In this document: in pieces, positions 36,193-43,608 of the stretch
Numbering within the stretch: position 1 is the first letter of the stretch
How the letters are laid out: each line of letters begins with the position of its first letter
Virus record (IMG/VR): IMGVR_UViG_3300016476_000405
Location: 1 to 43,608 of that record
Reading direction: 5' to 3' (one strand)
Origin: a virus
Taxonomy: Duplodnaviria > Caudoviricetes
Length of the DNA stretch: 43,608 nucleotides
The notes under the pieces: model-generated
The model's database searches: none
Seen by the model: the letters and a program-made list of their open reading frames with translations, nothing else
Told to the model about the DNA's origin: nothing
Program-made: the position numbers and the translations under genes

Positions 36193-36551
36193 TGAACGCA
36201 GAAAAACCAGCTACTGGAGTATGTAAGCTATTTGAGCATAAAAACTCAGTGTGTTATCGTATAGAGTGTGAATGCACTAGTGAAGACCATGCAGTTACTA
36301 CTTGGATTGAAGTAGAACGCGCATTCGACGACTGTGAAGATATTAGTGTTAGTTTTTATGTGAACACATACAGCAGTCCTTACGCTAATGGTTTTTGGCA
36401 GCGTTTGAAAAATGCTTGTAAGATACTAATGGGTAAGGACGAACAACAACACGAAATTTTGCTTAAACAACAAGCAGCCAAGAACTGGATTACTGCGGTA
36501 GAAAACGCAATTAAAGAGTATAAAAATGAAGATCAAAACAACACTAAGTAA
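36192..36551 (+). CDS. Hypothetical protein
   Basis: CECxxxxH motif; FWQRLKNACKIL. Confidence 0.75.
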   Translation: MNAEKPATGVCKLFEHKNSVCYRIECECTSEDHAVTTWIEVERAFDDCEDISVSFYVNTYSSPYANGFWQRLKNACKILMGKDEQQHEILLKQQAAKNWITAVENAIKEYKNEDQNNTK

Positions 36552-36693
36552 CCTTTTTAAGAAACCAACCGCTACTGAATTAAAGTTGCGCGAACGAAAC
36601 ATTAGGTCTAGAGCTAGACTTAGACAACAGGCTTTTGACTATCAAGAGTTTGTCAAGCGAAGTATGCAAGAAAAGTCCAATGAGCAAATCTGA
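36526..36693 (+). CDS. Small basic hypothetical protein (55 aa; not in the ORF track)
   Basis: MKIKTTLSNLFKKPTATELKLRERNIRSRARLRQQAFDYQEFVKRSMQEKSNEQI; fills the gap between neighbours. Confidence 0.55.
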   Translation: MKIKTTLSNLFKKPTATELKLRERNIRSRARLRQQAFDYQEFVKRSMQEKSNEQI

Positions 36694-36937
36694 CGTACAC
36701 ACTAGACACTGCTGCAAGTATCACGGTTGCAAATACGGTGATTATGGTTGCACGGTCTTTTATGGTGGCAAAGAGCAAGAGTATGATTGTGAAGAATGTA
36801 GCGAAGAACGTGAAATAGCCAAGGAAAACTTAGACTTTTTATACAGGTACTGTTTCCGCTTAGAAAAAGAAAATAAGTTACCCAGAGAGTATAGGAATCT
36901 GTACAACGAACTGTTAGCATTAAAACTTAGACGATAG
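36680..36937 (+). CDS. Cys/His-rich hypothetical protein
   Basis: HTRHCCKYHGCKYG...C...CEEC. Confidence 0.7.
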   Translation: MSKSDVHTRHCCKYHGCKYGDYGCTVFYGGKEQEYDCEECSEEREIAKENLDFLYRYCFRLEKENKLPREYRNLYNELLALKLRR

Positions 36938-36975
36938 CTCAAATTCTTTCTTATATTAACAAGCCAAATAGTATA

Positions 36976-37257
36976 ATGACACTGTATTTGAAAGTAAAAA
37001 ATCTTTGGGGTGATCAAGAAACAGAACCCTATCTTTATTTTAGTACAACAGAGCAGCATGTCGTGCCACTTAATATATTTCAACAACTCGCAGGCGCCTT
37101 ACAACTGGCAGATTTTATTTGGAAAGAAGATCACACAGGTGTTAAAGTAATTAAAGACAGACTTGGCGGTTGCATAAGACATATCAGTACTGAAGAAGAA
37201 CACAAAGAATTCATGTGGGTAAAATTGAGGAGTCAAAATTATAATGGACAGATTTAA
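36976..37257 (+). CDS. Hypothetical protein
   Basis: 93-aa ORF. Confidence 0.7.
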   Translation: MTLYLKVKNLWGDQETEPYLYFSTTEQHVVPLNIFQQLAGALQLADFIWKEDHTGVKVIKDRLGGCIRHISTEEEHKEFMWVKLRSQNYNGQI

Positions 37258-37450
37258 GCTAGAAGAGCAAATACAACATTGTTGGCAAGTAGTTGATGAC
37301 TTGAAAACTGTTTATCATTCCGAAAAACTGTATGAAGATGAAAACGAAATGCAAAATGTTTTGCTGGGTCTGTTTACACTTTATCAGATAAAGTTTGAAG
37401 AGCTTTTTGCCACCTATGAAAAACTTGTTGCAGAAGGTAAAATAAAGTGA
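37244..37450 (+). CDS. Small hypothetical protein
   Basis: SD GAGGAG; MDRFKLEEQI. Confidence 0.75.
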   Translation: MDRFKLEEQIQHCWQVVDDLKTVYHSEKLYEDENEMQNVLLGLFTLYQIKFEELFATYEKLVAEGKIK

Positions 37451-37827
37451 GCTATGTTCGCTGGTCAAGCATTATAGGTGCTGATTTATCTAACGAAGAA
37501 TGGATGAGCTTGTATACCGGTGAATTTAACCTTGAAGAGAAGTTAGAATGGTGTAAGAAAAATAAGTCACCCGACAGCTATCTAAGTGATTGGTATATCT
37601 TTTGGCATAGTATGGGCGGAGATGAATCTGAAAAGCGAGAAGACCAATATTTGGCAATGTGGAATTGCAGTGAATCCAGTACTCCTGTATTAGACTACAC
37701 TACAGTAAAACTAATGTTAGAAACAGACGACTGGTCTCCTCTTGGATATGAAACTATCACACAAAAAGATTTATTAGTTGATTGTGTTAAGCGCTGGTTA
37801 GATAACGTAGACAGAGATTGCAAATGA
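37447..37827 (+). CDS. Hypothetical protein
   Basis: GTGA overlap; MSYVRWS. Confidence 0.75.
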   Translation: MSYVRWSSIIGADLSNEEWMSLYTGEFNLEEKLEWCKKNKSPDSYLSDWYIFWHSMGGDESEKREDQYLAMWNCSESSTPVLDYTTVKLMLETDDWSPLGYETITQKDLLVDCVKRWLDNVDRDCK

Positions 37828-37997
37828 CTGAGATAATTATATGTAGGGGATGTAAAGGTTCAGGAACGGTTGAAGTTGATGAAGAAGAGGATTATCTTCA
37901 CGGTCCTTATAGCTTTGAATGTCAGTACTGTATGGGTTCAGGAAGACAGATCAAGAAAACAACTGTGAGCTTCGAGCCTTTTCTGATTAAACTATGA
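37824..37997 (+). CDS. Small DnaJ-type zinc-finger protein (57 aa; not in the ORF track)
   Basis: CRGCKGSG and CQYCMGSG (two CxxCxGxG); ATGA overlaps on both sides. Confidence 0.75.
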   Translation: MTEIIICRGCKGSGTVEVDEEEDYLHGPYSFECQYCMGSGRQIKKTTVSFEPFLIKL

Positions 37998-38416
37998 AAA
38001 TATATATTGATACCGAGTTTAATGAATTCAAGGGCGAGCTTATCAGCATGGCTTTAGTTGCTGAAGATGGTTCTGAGTTTTATGAAGTGTTGGAATGCGA
38101 AAATCCAGGACCATGGGTAGCACAAAATGTTATGCCTATCTTGAATAAAGAACCTATACCTCACCATATTTTCAAAATGAAACTGTTTGGTTTTTTAAAT
38201 TGGTTTGAAAGCATACACTTAATTGCAGATTGGCCTGAAGATATCAAACATTTTTGTGAGCAGATAATCACAGGTCCAGGTGAGATGATGAACATCCCAC
38301 ATTTCACTTGTGAAGTGCGTAGAGACTTGAATACCAAGAACAGCAAAATCTTACACAATGCTCTAAGTGATGCTAGGGCTATTTACGAAGCTGATATTGA
38401 GAGTCAGATAAAATGA
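37994..38416 (+). CDS. DEDDh 3'-5' exonuclease (RNase AS-like)
   Basis: IYIDTEF, LISMALV, DWPED, HNALSDARA. Confidence 0.85.
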   Translation: MKIYIDTEFNEFKGELISMALVAEDGSEFYEVLECENPGPWVAQNVMPILNKEPIPHHIFKMKLFGFLNWFESIHLIADWPEDIKHFCEQIITGPGEMMNIPHFTCEVRRDLNTKNSKILHNALSDARAIYEADIESQIK

Positions 38417-38625
38417 GACCTAACACCCGACATGGCGATGATAGACCAAAGACAATAACACTTGTCAATACCAACACTGGTAAGAAAGTAGAAGCAGAAG
38501 TTGCTAGCATGAACGATAATTCTATTACCGTGTTCTTAGCCAATGAAAAGATAGTGCTCTACAAGAAGGGTAACAACTATGTTGGCAACAAGTTTGGTAT
38601 GGAACTAGTCTATACTACTAAGTGA
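38413..38625 (+). CDS. Small hypothetical protein
   Basis: 70 aa, ATGA overlap. Confidence 0.7.
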   Translation: MRPNTRHGDDRPKTITLVNTNTGKKVEAEVASMNDNSITVFLANEKIVLYKKGNNYVGNKFGMELVYTTK

Positions 38626-38688
38626 TTGATTTCACTAAGATTTTATTTTTTAAAAAAGGCTTGACTTTTTACCCAAACTTGCTATACT
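38619..38688 (+). promoter_or_regulatory. Sigma70 early promoter with IHF-consensus box
   Basis: TAAGTGATTGATT (38619-38631), 29 nt, TTGACT (38661-38666)-N16-TATACT with extended -10 TG. Confidence 0.8.
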
Positions 38689-38729
38689 AGTCACGTAATG
38701 TTAACTAACTCATTCTTTGGAGATAGAAA

Positions 38730-38948
38730 ATGCGTGATTTTGATCGTGATTTCAACTTTATAAGCACCGCGGTTAAGGTTATTTTTGTGATTGTATTTGT
38801 GCTTATATTCGCACAAATCGGCTTTGCTATTTGGCTGGGAGTCGAAGCCGTAGACTCAGTGCAGAACGGTACTGGACTCAAAGAGCTTGTTGAAACGGTG
38901 TGGTGCGGTGCTGACAACGGTCAGGGTGTAGATTGCGTTAAGGAGTAA
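38730..38948 (+). CDS. Small membrane protein
   Basis: SD GGAG; hydrophobic segment VIFVIVFVLIFAQIGFAIWLGV. Confidence 0.75.
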   Translation: MRDFDRDFNFISTAVKVIFVIVFVLIFAQIGFAIWLGVEAVDSVQNGTGLKELVETVWCGADNGQGVDCVKE

Positions 38949-38950
38949 TC

Positions 38951-39169
38951 ATGGGCCAAGCAATAAAACCAACTCAAGTTGATATGGATATTGCCAAAAT
39001 GGGCATTGATATCCAGTTTAACAGCATGTTTGACGAGCCTACCAGAAAAACTATGGAAGCGCTGGGTATCCAAAAATTCGTAGATCACATGATTTTGCTG
39101 CGAGCTACAGACATGGCAACCATCAGATACTACACTAATTTCATGCATCCTAGTGCTAAGGATAGCTAA
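38951..39169 (+). CDS. Small hypothetical protein
   Basis: SD AAGGAG; 72 aa. Confidence 0.75.
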   Translation: MGQAIKPTQVDMDIAKMGIDIQFNSMFDEPTRKTMEALGIQKFVDHMILLRATDMATIRYYTNFMHPSAKDS

Positions 39170-39236
39170 GCTATTGATTTTATTCACATTTTATTTTTAG
39201 TCAAAGGCTTGACTTCTTGCCCAAAACTGCTATAAT
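39167..39236 (+). promoter_or_regulatory. Sigma70 early promoter with IHF-consensus box
   Basis: TAAGCTATTGATT (39167-39179), 29 nt, TTGACT (39209-39214)-N16-TATAAT (39231-39236). Confidence 0.85.
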
Positions 39237-39266
39237 AGTCTTATAGTCAAACAAAGGGGATAAAAG

Positions 39267-39449
39267 ATGAAAAACATCGTAAATACTGAAGTTATGTGGA
39301 TCGTGAAATACTCAACTAACAAAGTTTCATCCTTTCAGAAAGAAGCATTCGCCCGACAGTACTACGAAGAGAAAGTAGCAGCTGGTAGAAAAGAAGTAAA
39401 ACTGATCAAAATGACTACAACTGTGCAAGAAGAAGTTGTAAGTCATTGA
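39267..39449 (+). CDS. Small hypothetical early protein
   Basis: SD GGGGA; 60 aa, directly after the promoter. Confidence 0.75.
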   Translation: MKNIVNTEVMWIVKYSTNKVSSFQKEAFARQYYEEKVAAGRKEVKLIKMTTTVQEEVVSH

Positions 39450-39508
39450 TTTCCAAAGAGAAAATAGTTGAGTCAAAGGATTGACTTCTTACCCAAATCT
39501 GCTATAAT
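39439..39508 (+). promoter_or_regulatory. Sigma70 early promoter with IHF-consensus box
   Basis: TAAGTCATTGATT (39439-39451), 29 nt, TTGACT (39481-39486)-N16-TATAAT (39503-39508). Confidence 0.85.
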
Positions 39509-39543
39509 AACTCTATAGTAAATCAGAACACAGGAGCAAGACA

Positions 39544-40464
39544 ATGAAGATTTTCAGTGACCTCAAGACCAATCAAGCAGTTAAGCTGGATTCAGGCGTC
39601 TATGTTGTAGAACTGCATTCAGGCGATTATGAAATCAACGGTGTACGCACCTGGGTTGGGTACAATCAGCAACTAGTAGTTGAGTCACTGGACAGCATCA
39701 AGCGAGTAACTACTGCTAAAGGTGAGGTGCTTCACTATACTCTGGGCGAAGAGCAAGTAAGTGTTACTGAATATCATGCACTTAGTAAGCTTGTTTCTAG
39801 CATGGCAGAAGAGTTTTATAACGAAGACGCGGACGAGTACATTTTCCCCAATCTGGACACTGAGTTTGAGTTCAAGAAAAAGAAAGAACTGTTGAACCGT
39901 CATGTCGCTGTTCGCGCTGCTGACACTGAACAACTGGATACAGTGGATATCACTGTAGTGGGCGAAGCTATTGACACTGGTAGCAAGTTCATTGATACTC
40001 CGTTCAGCTATGGTCAGGTTAGTTTCAATGGTCGTGGTGTGTTTCGTGTTGATCTGAGTGCGATTGCTGCCGACGAGTTCCAGAAGCAGCAGGCAAACTA
40101 CACTCAGTTTAAGTTTACTAACAGCACTCACAGCAACATCCGTTTTGCCCAGGCTGACAGCAACTATCTGTTCAAGGACGACACACTGGGTGCAAAAGAA
40201 AATCAGGTTCGTGTACTGACTACTTTGGCTGACGCGAAAGCACTGGAAGCTGAGGTTCGTGCTGCTATCAGCAACACTATGCGACAGAAGCTGGCTCCGG
40301 TTGCGCTGACTAAAGATATCGTTACTGCTGCTGGTGTTCTGAACAGTTTGGAAACAATCAAGAGTCAGTTGGCTAAACTGGATGTAAAACAGAAATCTCA
40401 CAACGACTGGGTTTCAGTATCTAACAATGTTAAAAAGCTGATCGCAATTTTGGAGAAAGTATGA
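39544..40464 (+). CDS. Hypothetical early protein
   Basis: SD CAGGAG; 306 aa; codon usage richer in CTG/CGT/AAC than the rest of the window. Confidence 0.85.
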   Translation: MKIFSDLKTNQAVKLDSGVYVVELHSGDYEINGVRTWVGYNQQLVVESLDSIKRVTTAKGEVLHYTLGEEQVSVTEYHALSKLVSSMAEEFYNEDADEYIFPNLDTEFEFKKKKELLNRHVAVRAADTEQLDTVDITVVGEAIDTGSKFIDTPFSYGQVSFNGRGVFRVDLSAIAADEFQKQQANYTQFKFTNSTHSNIRFAQADSNYLFKDDTLGAKENQVRVLTTLADAKALEAEVRAAISNTMRQKLAPVALTKDIVTAAGVLNSLETIKSQLAKLDVKQKSHNDWVSVSNNVKKLIAILEKV

Positions 40465-40528
40465 GTGATTTGAAGTTTACTACTACGGGAGAAAGTATGA
40501 GTGATTTGAAGTTTACTACTACGGGAGA
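40452..40528 (+). repeat. 36-bp tandem duplication including SD and start codon
   Basis: ggagaaagtatgagtgatttgaagtttactactacg x2 (40452-40487, 40488-40523) plus ggaga. Confidence 0.95.
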
Positions 40529-40760
40529 CTATATGAAAGTTGACTACTCAATTCACGTACTGTACACTCGTCATGGTGGCGCGTATGATCGTGGTATGGC
40601 TGACAGTTACTATCGGCGTGAACGTCAGCCACACTACTTCAAAGGAGATTCTTATCAATCTGAACGGATTACAGAAATGAATATGACTGCTGACGAAGTT
40701 GCCGCATACAACCAGGGGTATGACGATAACGAAAAGTCAGGTGATAAAAAGGGATCATAA
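40461..40760 (+). CDS. Hypothetical protein with duplicated N-terminus
   Basis: MSDLKFTTTG x2; RHGGAYDRGMADSYYRR...PHY. Confidence 0.8.
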   Translation: MSDLKFTTTGESMSDLKFTTTGDYMKVDYSIHVLYTRHGGAYDRGMADSYYRRERQPHYFKGDSYQSERITEMNMTADEVAAYNQGYDDNEKSGDKKGS

Positions 40761-40907
40761 ATGAGATGTATAGCAAAAGCAATCGCAGTAGTAGGTCTTG
40801 CCAGTCTAAGTGTATACGCATACTTGAACAGCAATGGGGAGATTGGCCCGGGATGGGCTATCTTGTCAGTTTTGATTTTGCTTTTTGCTCCTTGCGAGGA
40901 TAAATGA
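40761..40907 (+). CDS. Small membrane protein (48 aa; not in the ORF track)
   Basis: MRCIAKAIAVVGLASLSVYAYLNSNGEIGPGWAILSVLILLFAPCEDK; two hydrophobic stretches. Confidence 0.6.
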   Translation: MRCIAKAIAVVGLASLSVYAYLNSNGEIGPGWAILSVLILLFAPCEDK

Positions 40908-40908
40908 T

Positions 40909-41073
40909 ATGTGGGCAGGAATAAAACAGTTTTCTTTGCTGATTCTTTTTGTAGTGGGACTGTACGTGGTACTGGCCCCAATAACCAGCTATTGGATGGT
41001 TACCGAAGTGTATGCTTATCTTCAAACTGTTGTTCCTGAGTGGTTGACATATATCAAGAATTTGATAAAATAA
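40909..41073 (+). CDS. Small membrane protein
   Basis: SD GAGGA; MWAGIKQFSLLILFVVGLYVVLAPI. Confidence 0.65.
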   Translation: MWAGIKQFSLLILFVVGLYVVLAPITSYWMVTEVYAYLQTVVPEWLTYIKNLIK

Positions 41074-41096
41074 GGTTTTCATTGTAGAGACTGATT

Positions 41097-41435
41097 ATGA
41101 CAGGCTATCGACATATTGTACAACTAGAACAACTGAAGGCTAAGTGCGATGAACTAGGTTTTCGTATGGGCTACAGTCAACACGGTTACTACAACAAAGA
41201 GTATGGTGATATAGTCGCACTGTTCCCGAAAGATCAAGATGCACTTCCCGTATACAACCGCGATGCTCAACTGTTCACTGGTACAATTGAAGAACTTAAG
41301 GTCTGGATATCAGGTATTGAGTGGGCTAGAAATTACGACCGCATGACGATTGGTAAAGCAATTGATGCAAGACGAGCCCGAAAAGAGCAAGACTGGCGAA
41401 ACCAGAATCTGGTAAGAATACTAACTAAGGAGTAA
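41097..41435 (+). CDS. Hypothetical protein
   Basis: 112 aa; GIEWARNYD. Confidence 0.8.
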   Translation: MTGYRHIVQLEQLKAKCDELGFRMGYSQHGYYNKEYGDIVALFPKDQDALPVYNRDAQLFTGTIEELKVWISGIEWARNYDRMTIGKAIDARRARKEQDWRNQNLVRILTKE

Positions 41436-41437
41436 GC

Positions 41438-41872
41438 ATGACATACGCGGTATCTAATAAGCAAGAAAACAAGGTTCGTATTTGTATCAAAGGTTATGAT
41501 AAATCAACCGAAAGGTATTGGCAAGTGATCGATACGTATTCATCAGGTACTGGTTATGTAATTAATCCACTTGAATTCCCGTTTGATGAAGAACAGGACT
41601 GGACTATATCTGCCGGTTATAACAAACATGAACTGGGTAATTTGGTCAGAACTGAATTCACCTATTCAGGTGTGTTTACTCAAGCCGAAAAAGAAACGAT
41701 TGAATGGGCATGGGAGCAGTATCGTCAAGCTGACGTTCTAGTTTGTTACACGGAATATAGAGATTTGGGCTGGGAAACTTCTTACCCAAAACTAATTATA
41801 ACCGCACCTTTTGCTATTGAGCAATTAAAACAACCTCGAATAGACTTGACTTATCCTGTAGTCAGTGTATAA
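41438..41872 (+). CDS. Hypothetical protein
   Basis: SD AAGGAG; 144 aa. Confidence 0.75.
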   Translation: MTYAVSNKQENKVRICIKGYDKSTERYWQVIDTYSSGTGYVINPLEFPFDEEQDWTISAGYNKHELGNLVRTEFTYSGVFTQAEKETIEWAWEQYRQADVLVCYTEYRDLGWETSYPKLIITAPFAIEQLKQPRIDLTYPVVSV

Positions 41873-41873
41873 T
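41846..41873 (+). promoter_or_regulatory. Sigma70-like promoter for the ligase gene
   Basis: TTGACT (41846-41851)-N16-TATAAT (41868-41873). Confidence 0.65.
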
Positions 41874-41902
41874 TACATTCTAAACTCAATTAAGGAACTG
41901 TT

Positions 41903-43240
41903 ATGTTTTCCAAATTCATTGAAGTAATCAACTCTGATCAAGGTCGTTTGTTCAAAGAAAGTAAAGTCAAAGAGTTTGGGCTGCAAGAACCCAAGTTTGT
42001 TCGTTTGCTTAATCGTACCTACTCTCCCGAGTATGTGTATGGTATCAAGAAAGTAGAACAAACTCGTGCGGGTACACAAACCGTAGCAGATGTTTGGGAT
42101 CAAGTGGAAACAATGCTTGATCGTTTGACTTCGCGCACTGTTACTGGTAACGCTGCTCGCACCGAAGTAGAAAATCTTTTGAACACTCTTAACGCTGACG
42201 AAGCACAGGTAATCATCAACCTGCTTAAAGGTGATCTGCGTTGCGGTATCAGCGTTGCTACCATCAACAAAATGTTTCCCGACACAATTCCTGAATACCC
42301 TTACATGCGTTGCTCTTTGATGAAGGGCAGTAACATCGACAAGTTTGATTGGGCTGCTGGTGTATTCTCGCAAGAAAAAGCTGATGGCATGTTTGCCAAC
42401 ATCTATTTGTATCCCGATCTTATTACTAAGATCACTAGCCGCAATGGCACACTGTTTGCTAACACTGAGTTTAAAGACTTAATTCATGAATTTGTTAATG
42501 TAGCAGACGAAGGTTATTGCTATCACGGCGAACTGTTGGTACTCGAAGATGGTAAAGTGCTTGCTCGTGAGCTTGGCAACGGCGTCTTGAATTCTGTTCT
42601 GAAAGGTGGCTGCTTTGAAAAGAATCAAAAGCCCTTTTACATGGTATGGGATCGTGTTCCCTTGAAAGATGCTGTTAGTGGTGGCAAGTGCAAAACTCCG
42701 TACAAGGATCGTTTTGATGCTATCAAGAATATCAAAGGCACATTTGTTGATGTAATTCCTACTAAAATTGTTTATTCTCTCAAAGAAGCATATGAGCATT
42801 ATGTTGAACTGACTTCACGAAACATTGAAGGCACTGTGATCAAGAACCCAAAAGCTATTTGGGAAGATAAAACTTCTAAAGATCAGATCAAGCTGAAAAT
42901 TGAAGCTGAGGTAGACTTGATCGTTCGCGGCTTCAATCCGGGCAATGGCAAGAATGCTCATTTGTTTGGTTCTATCGCTGCTGAAAGTAGTTGTGGTCGC
43001 TTGCGTGTAAATGTGTCAGGTATCTCTGATAAAGATCGTGAGCGTATCAACGGTGAGCGTGACGAATGGATCGACAAAAAGATCATCACTGTTCGCGCAA
43101 ACTCTATCATGGAATCTAACGATGTAGCAGCACTGTTTCTTCCTCGTCTTGTTGAAGAGCGACTGGACAAAACTGAAGCTGATGATTTTGAAAAGATCAA
43201 GCAAGTGTTTGAAGAGGCTAAACAGGGTGTAGGTGCATAA
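41903..43240 (+). CDS. lig: ATP-dependent DNA ligase (T4 gp30-like)
   Basis: Motif I QEKADG, SRNG, HGEL, MVWD, EGTVIK, IKLK, OB-fold LFLPRLVEERLDK. Confidence 0.93.
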   Translation: MFSKFIEVINSDQGRLFKESKVKEFGLQEPKFVRLLNRTYSPEYVYGIKKVEQTRAGTQTVADVWDQVETMLDRLTSRTVTGNAARTEVENLLNTLNADEAQVIINLLKGDLRCGISVATINKMFPDTIPEYPYMRCSLMKGSNIDKFDWAAGVFSQEKADGMFANIYLYPDLITKITSRNGTLFANTEFKDLIHEFVNVADEGYCYHGELLVLEDGKVLARELGNGVLNSVLKGGCFEKNQKPFYMVWDRVPLKDAVSGGKCKTPYKDRFDAIKNIKGTFVDVIPTKIVYSLKEAYEHYVELTSRNIEGTVIKNPKAIWEDKTSKDQIKLKIEAEVDLIVRGFNPGNGKNAHLFGSIAAESSCGRLRVNVSGISDKDRERINGERDEWIDKKIITVRANSIMESNDVAALFLPRLVEERLDKTEADDFEKIKQVFEEAKQGVGA

Positions 43241-43506
43241 TGTTCAATGACTCTGAAGTAAATATCAAAGACTTGTGGGGAGCATGGCATCCAAAATATA
43301 TGTCGATGCCCTGTGGTTCGGTAGCAGAGTTTGATCATGGTGCTGGCTATGGATATAGGTGTCATGATTGCATGGCAGTTATAGGTAGTATAGGGCAACC
43401 CCGTAGTTGTAAAGAAGAACAAGAAAAGTACCGTAACTGGGCTAAGGTGGGTGGCAAGGATTGGGAGTATTTTCCAAATGATGAAAAAAATAAGCGATTG
43501 GTTTGA
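43240..43506 (+). CDS. Small Cys-containing hypothetical protein
   Basis: PCG...YRCHDCMAVIGSIGQPRSC. Confidence 0.75.
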   Translation: MFNDSEVNIKDLWGAWHPKYMSMPCGSVAEFDHGAGYGYRCHDCMAVIGSIGQPRSCKEEQEKYRNWAKVGGKDWEYFPNDEKNKRLV

Positions 43507-43608
43507 AATTGACGAAAAGCAGTACATGTGGTATATCTTACAGGGATATGATATCGCTGTAAATGAAATTTCCGTAGATTGGTATATAGATGGCAAACTA
43601 CATCGCAC
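43478..43608 (+). CDS. Partial ORF (truncated by the window end), WYxxGKLHR repeat-type protein
   Basis: MMKKISDWFEIDEKQYMWYILQGYDIAVNEISVDWYIDGKLHR. Confidence 0.5.
   Translation, partial: MMKKISDWFEIDEKQYMWYILQGYDIAVNEISVDWYIDGKLHR

Noticed and set aside
39685-40401. 238-aa minus-strand ORF
   Set aside because: It is the antisense shadow of the 39544-40464 gene, which has a promoter and SD; the minus-strand translation is not protein-like.
41873-43608. Minus-strand ORFs (41873-42373, 42479-42799, 42958-43608)
   Set aside because: They are antisense to the clearly identified DNA ligase and show no motifs or SD.
1-43608. Alternative genetic code (stop-codon reassignment)
   Set aside because: Known enzymes translate full-length in code 11 and genes pack tightly with TAA/TGA stops; the single suspicious stop at 87-89 is isolated.

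Overview
AT-rich segment of a large T4-like (jumbo) tailed dsDNA phage genome, with nearly all genes on the + strand. It falls into five parts. (1) 1-7.7 kb: putative virion-internal cargo proteins sharing an N-terminal M-R/K-A-x-E-F-I-x-E leader (T4 capsid-targeting-like), a modular Glu-linker polyprotein, Dps, a Pol-beta-type nucleotidyltransferase, a GNAT, an HExxH peptidase and a candidate structured RNA. (2) 7.8-12.5 kb: replication genes, including a family-B DNA polymerase split into two ORFs by an HNH endonuclease, followed by a probable sliding clamp. (3) 12.8-25.2 kb: a 7-deazaguanine DNA-modification cluster (dpdA, dpdL-like, folE, queD, queE; no queC in the window) interleaved with two GT-B glycosyltransferases, an NDP-sugar epimerase, GMP reductase and a purine phosphoribosyltransferase. 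This points to a possibly undescribed glycosylated modified base. (4) 25-33 kb: Gp88-like protein, UvsE and an RNase H/5'-3' exonuclease. (5) 33-43.6 kb: an early-type region of small ORFs with sigma70 promoters carrying phased IHF-consensus boxes, a DEDDh exonuclease and an ATP-dependent ligase. Six free-standing homing endonucleases are present, and at least three sit beside synonymously recoded duplicates of the terminus of the gene they interrupt. No tRNA, rRNA or CRISPR array was seen. All calls come from motif recognition by eye; no database searches were run.
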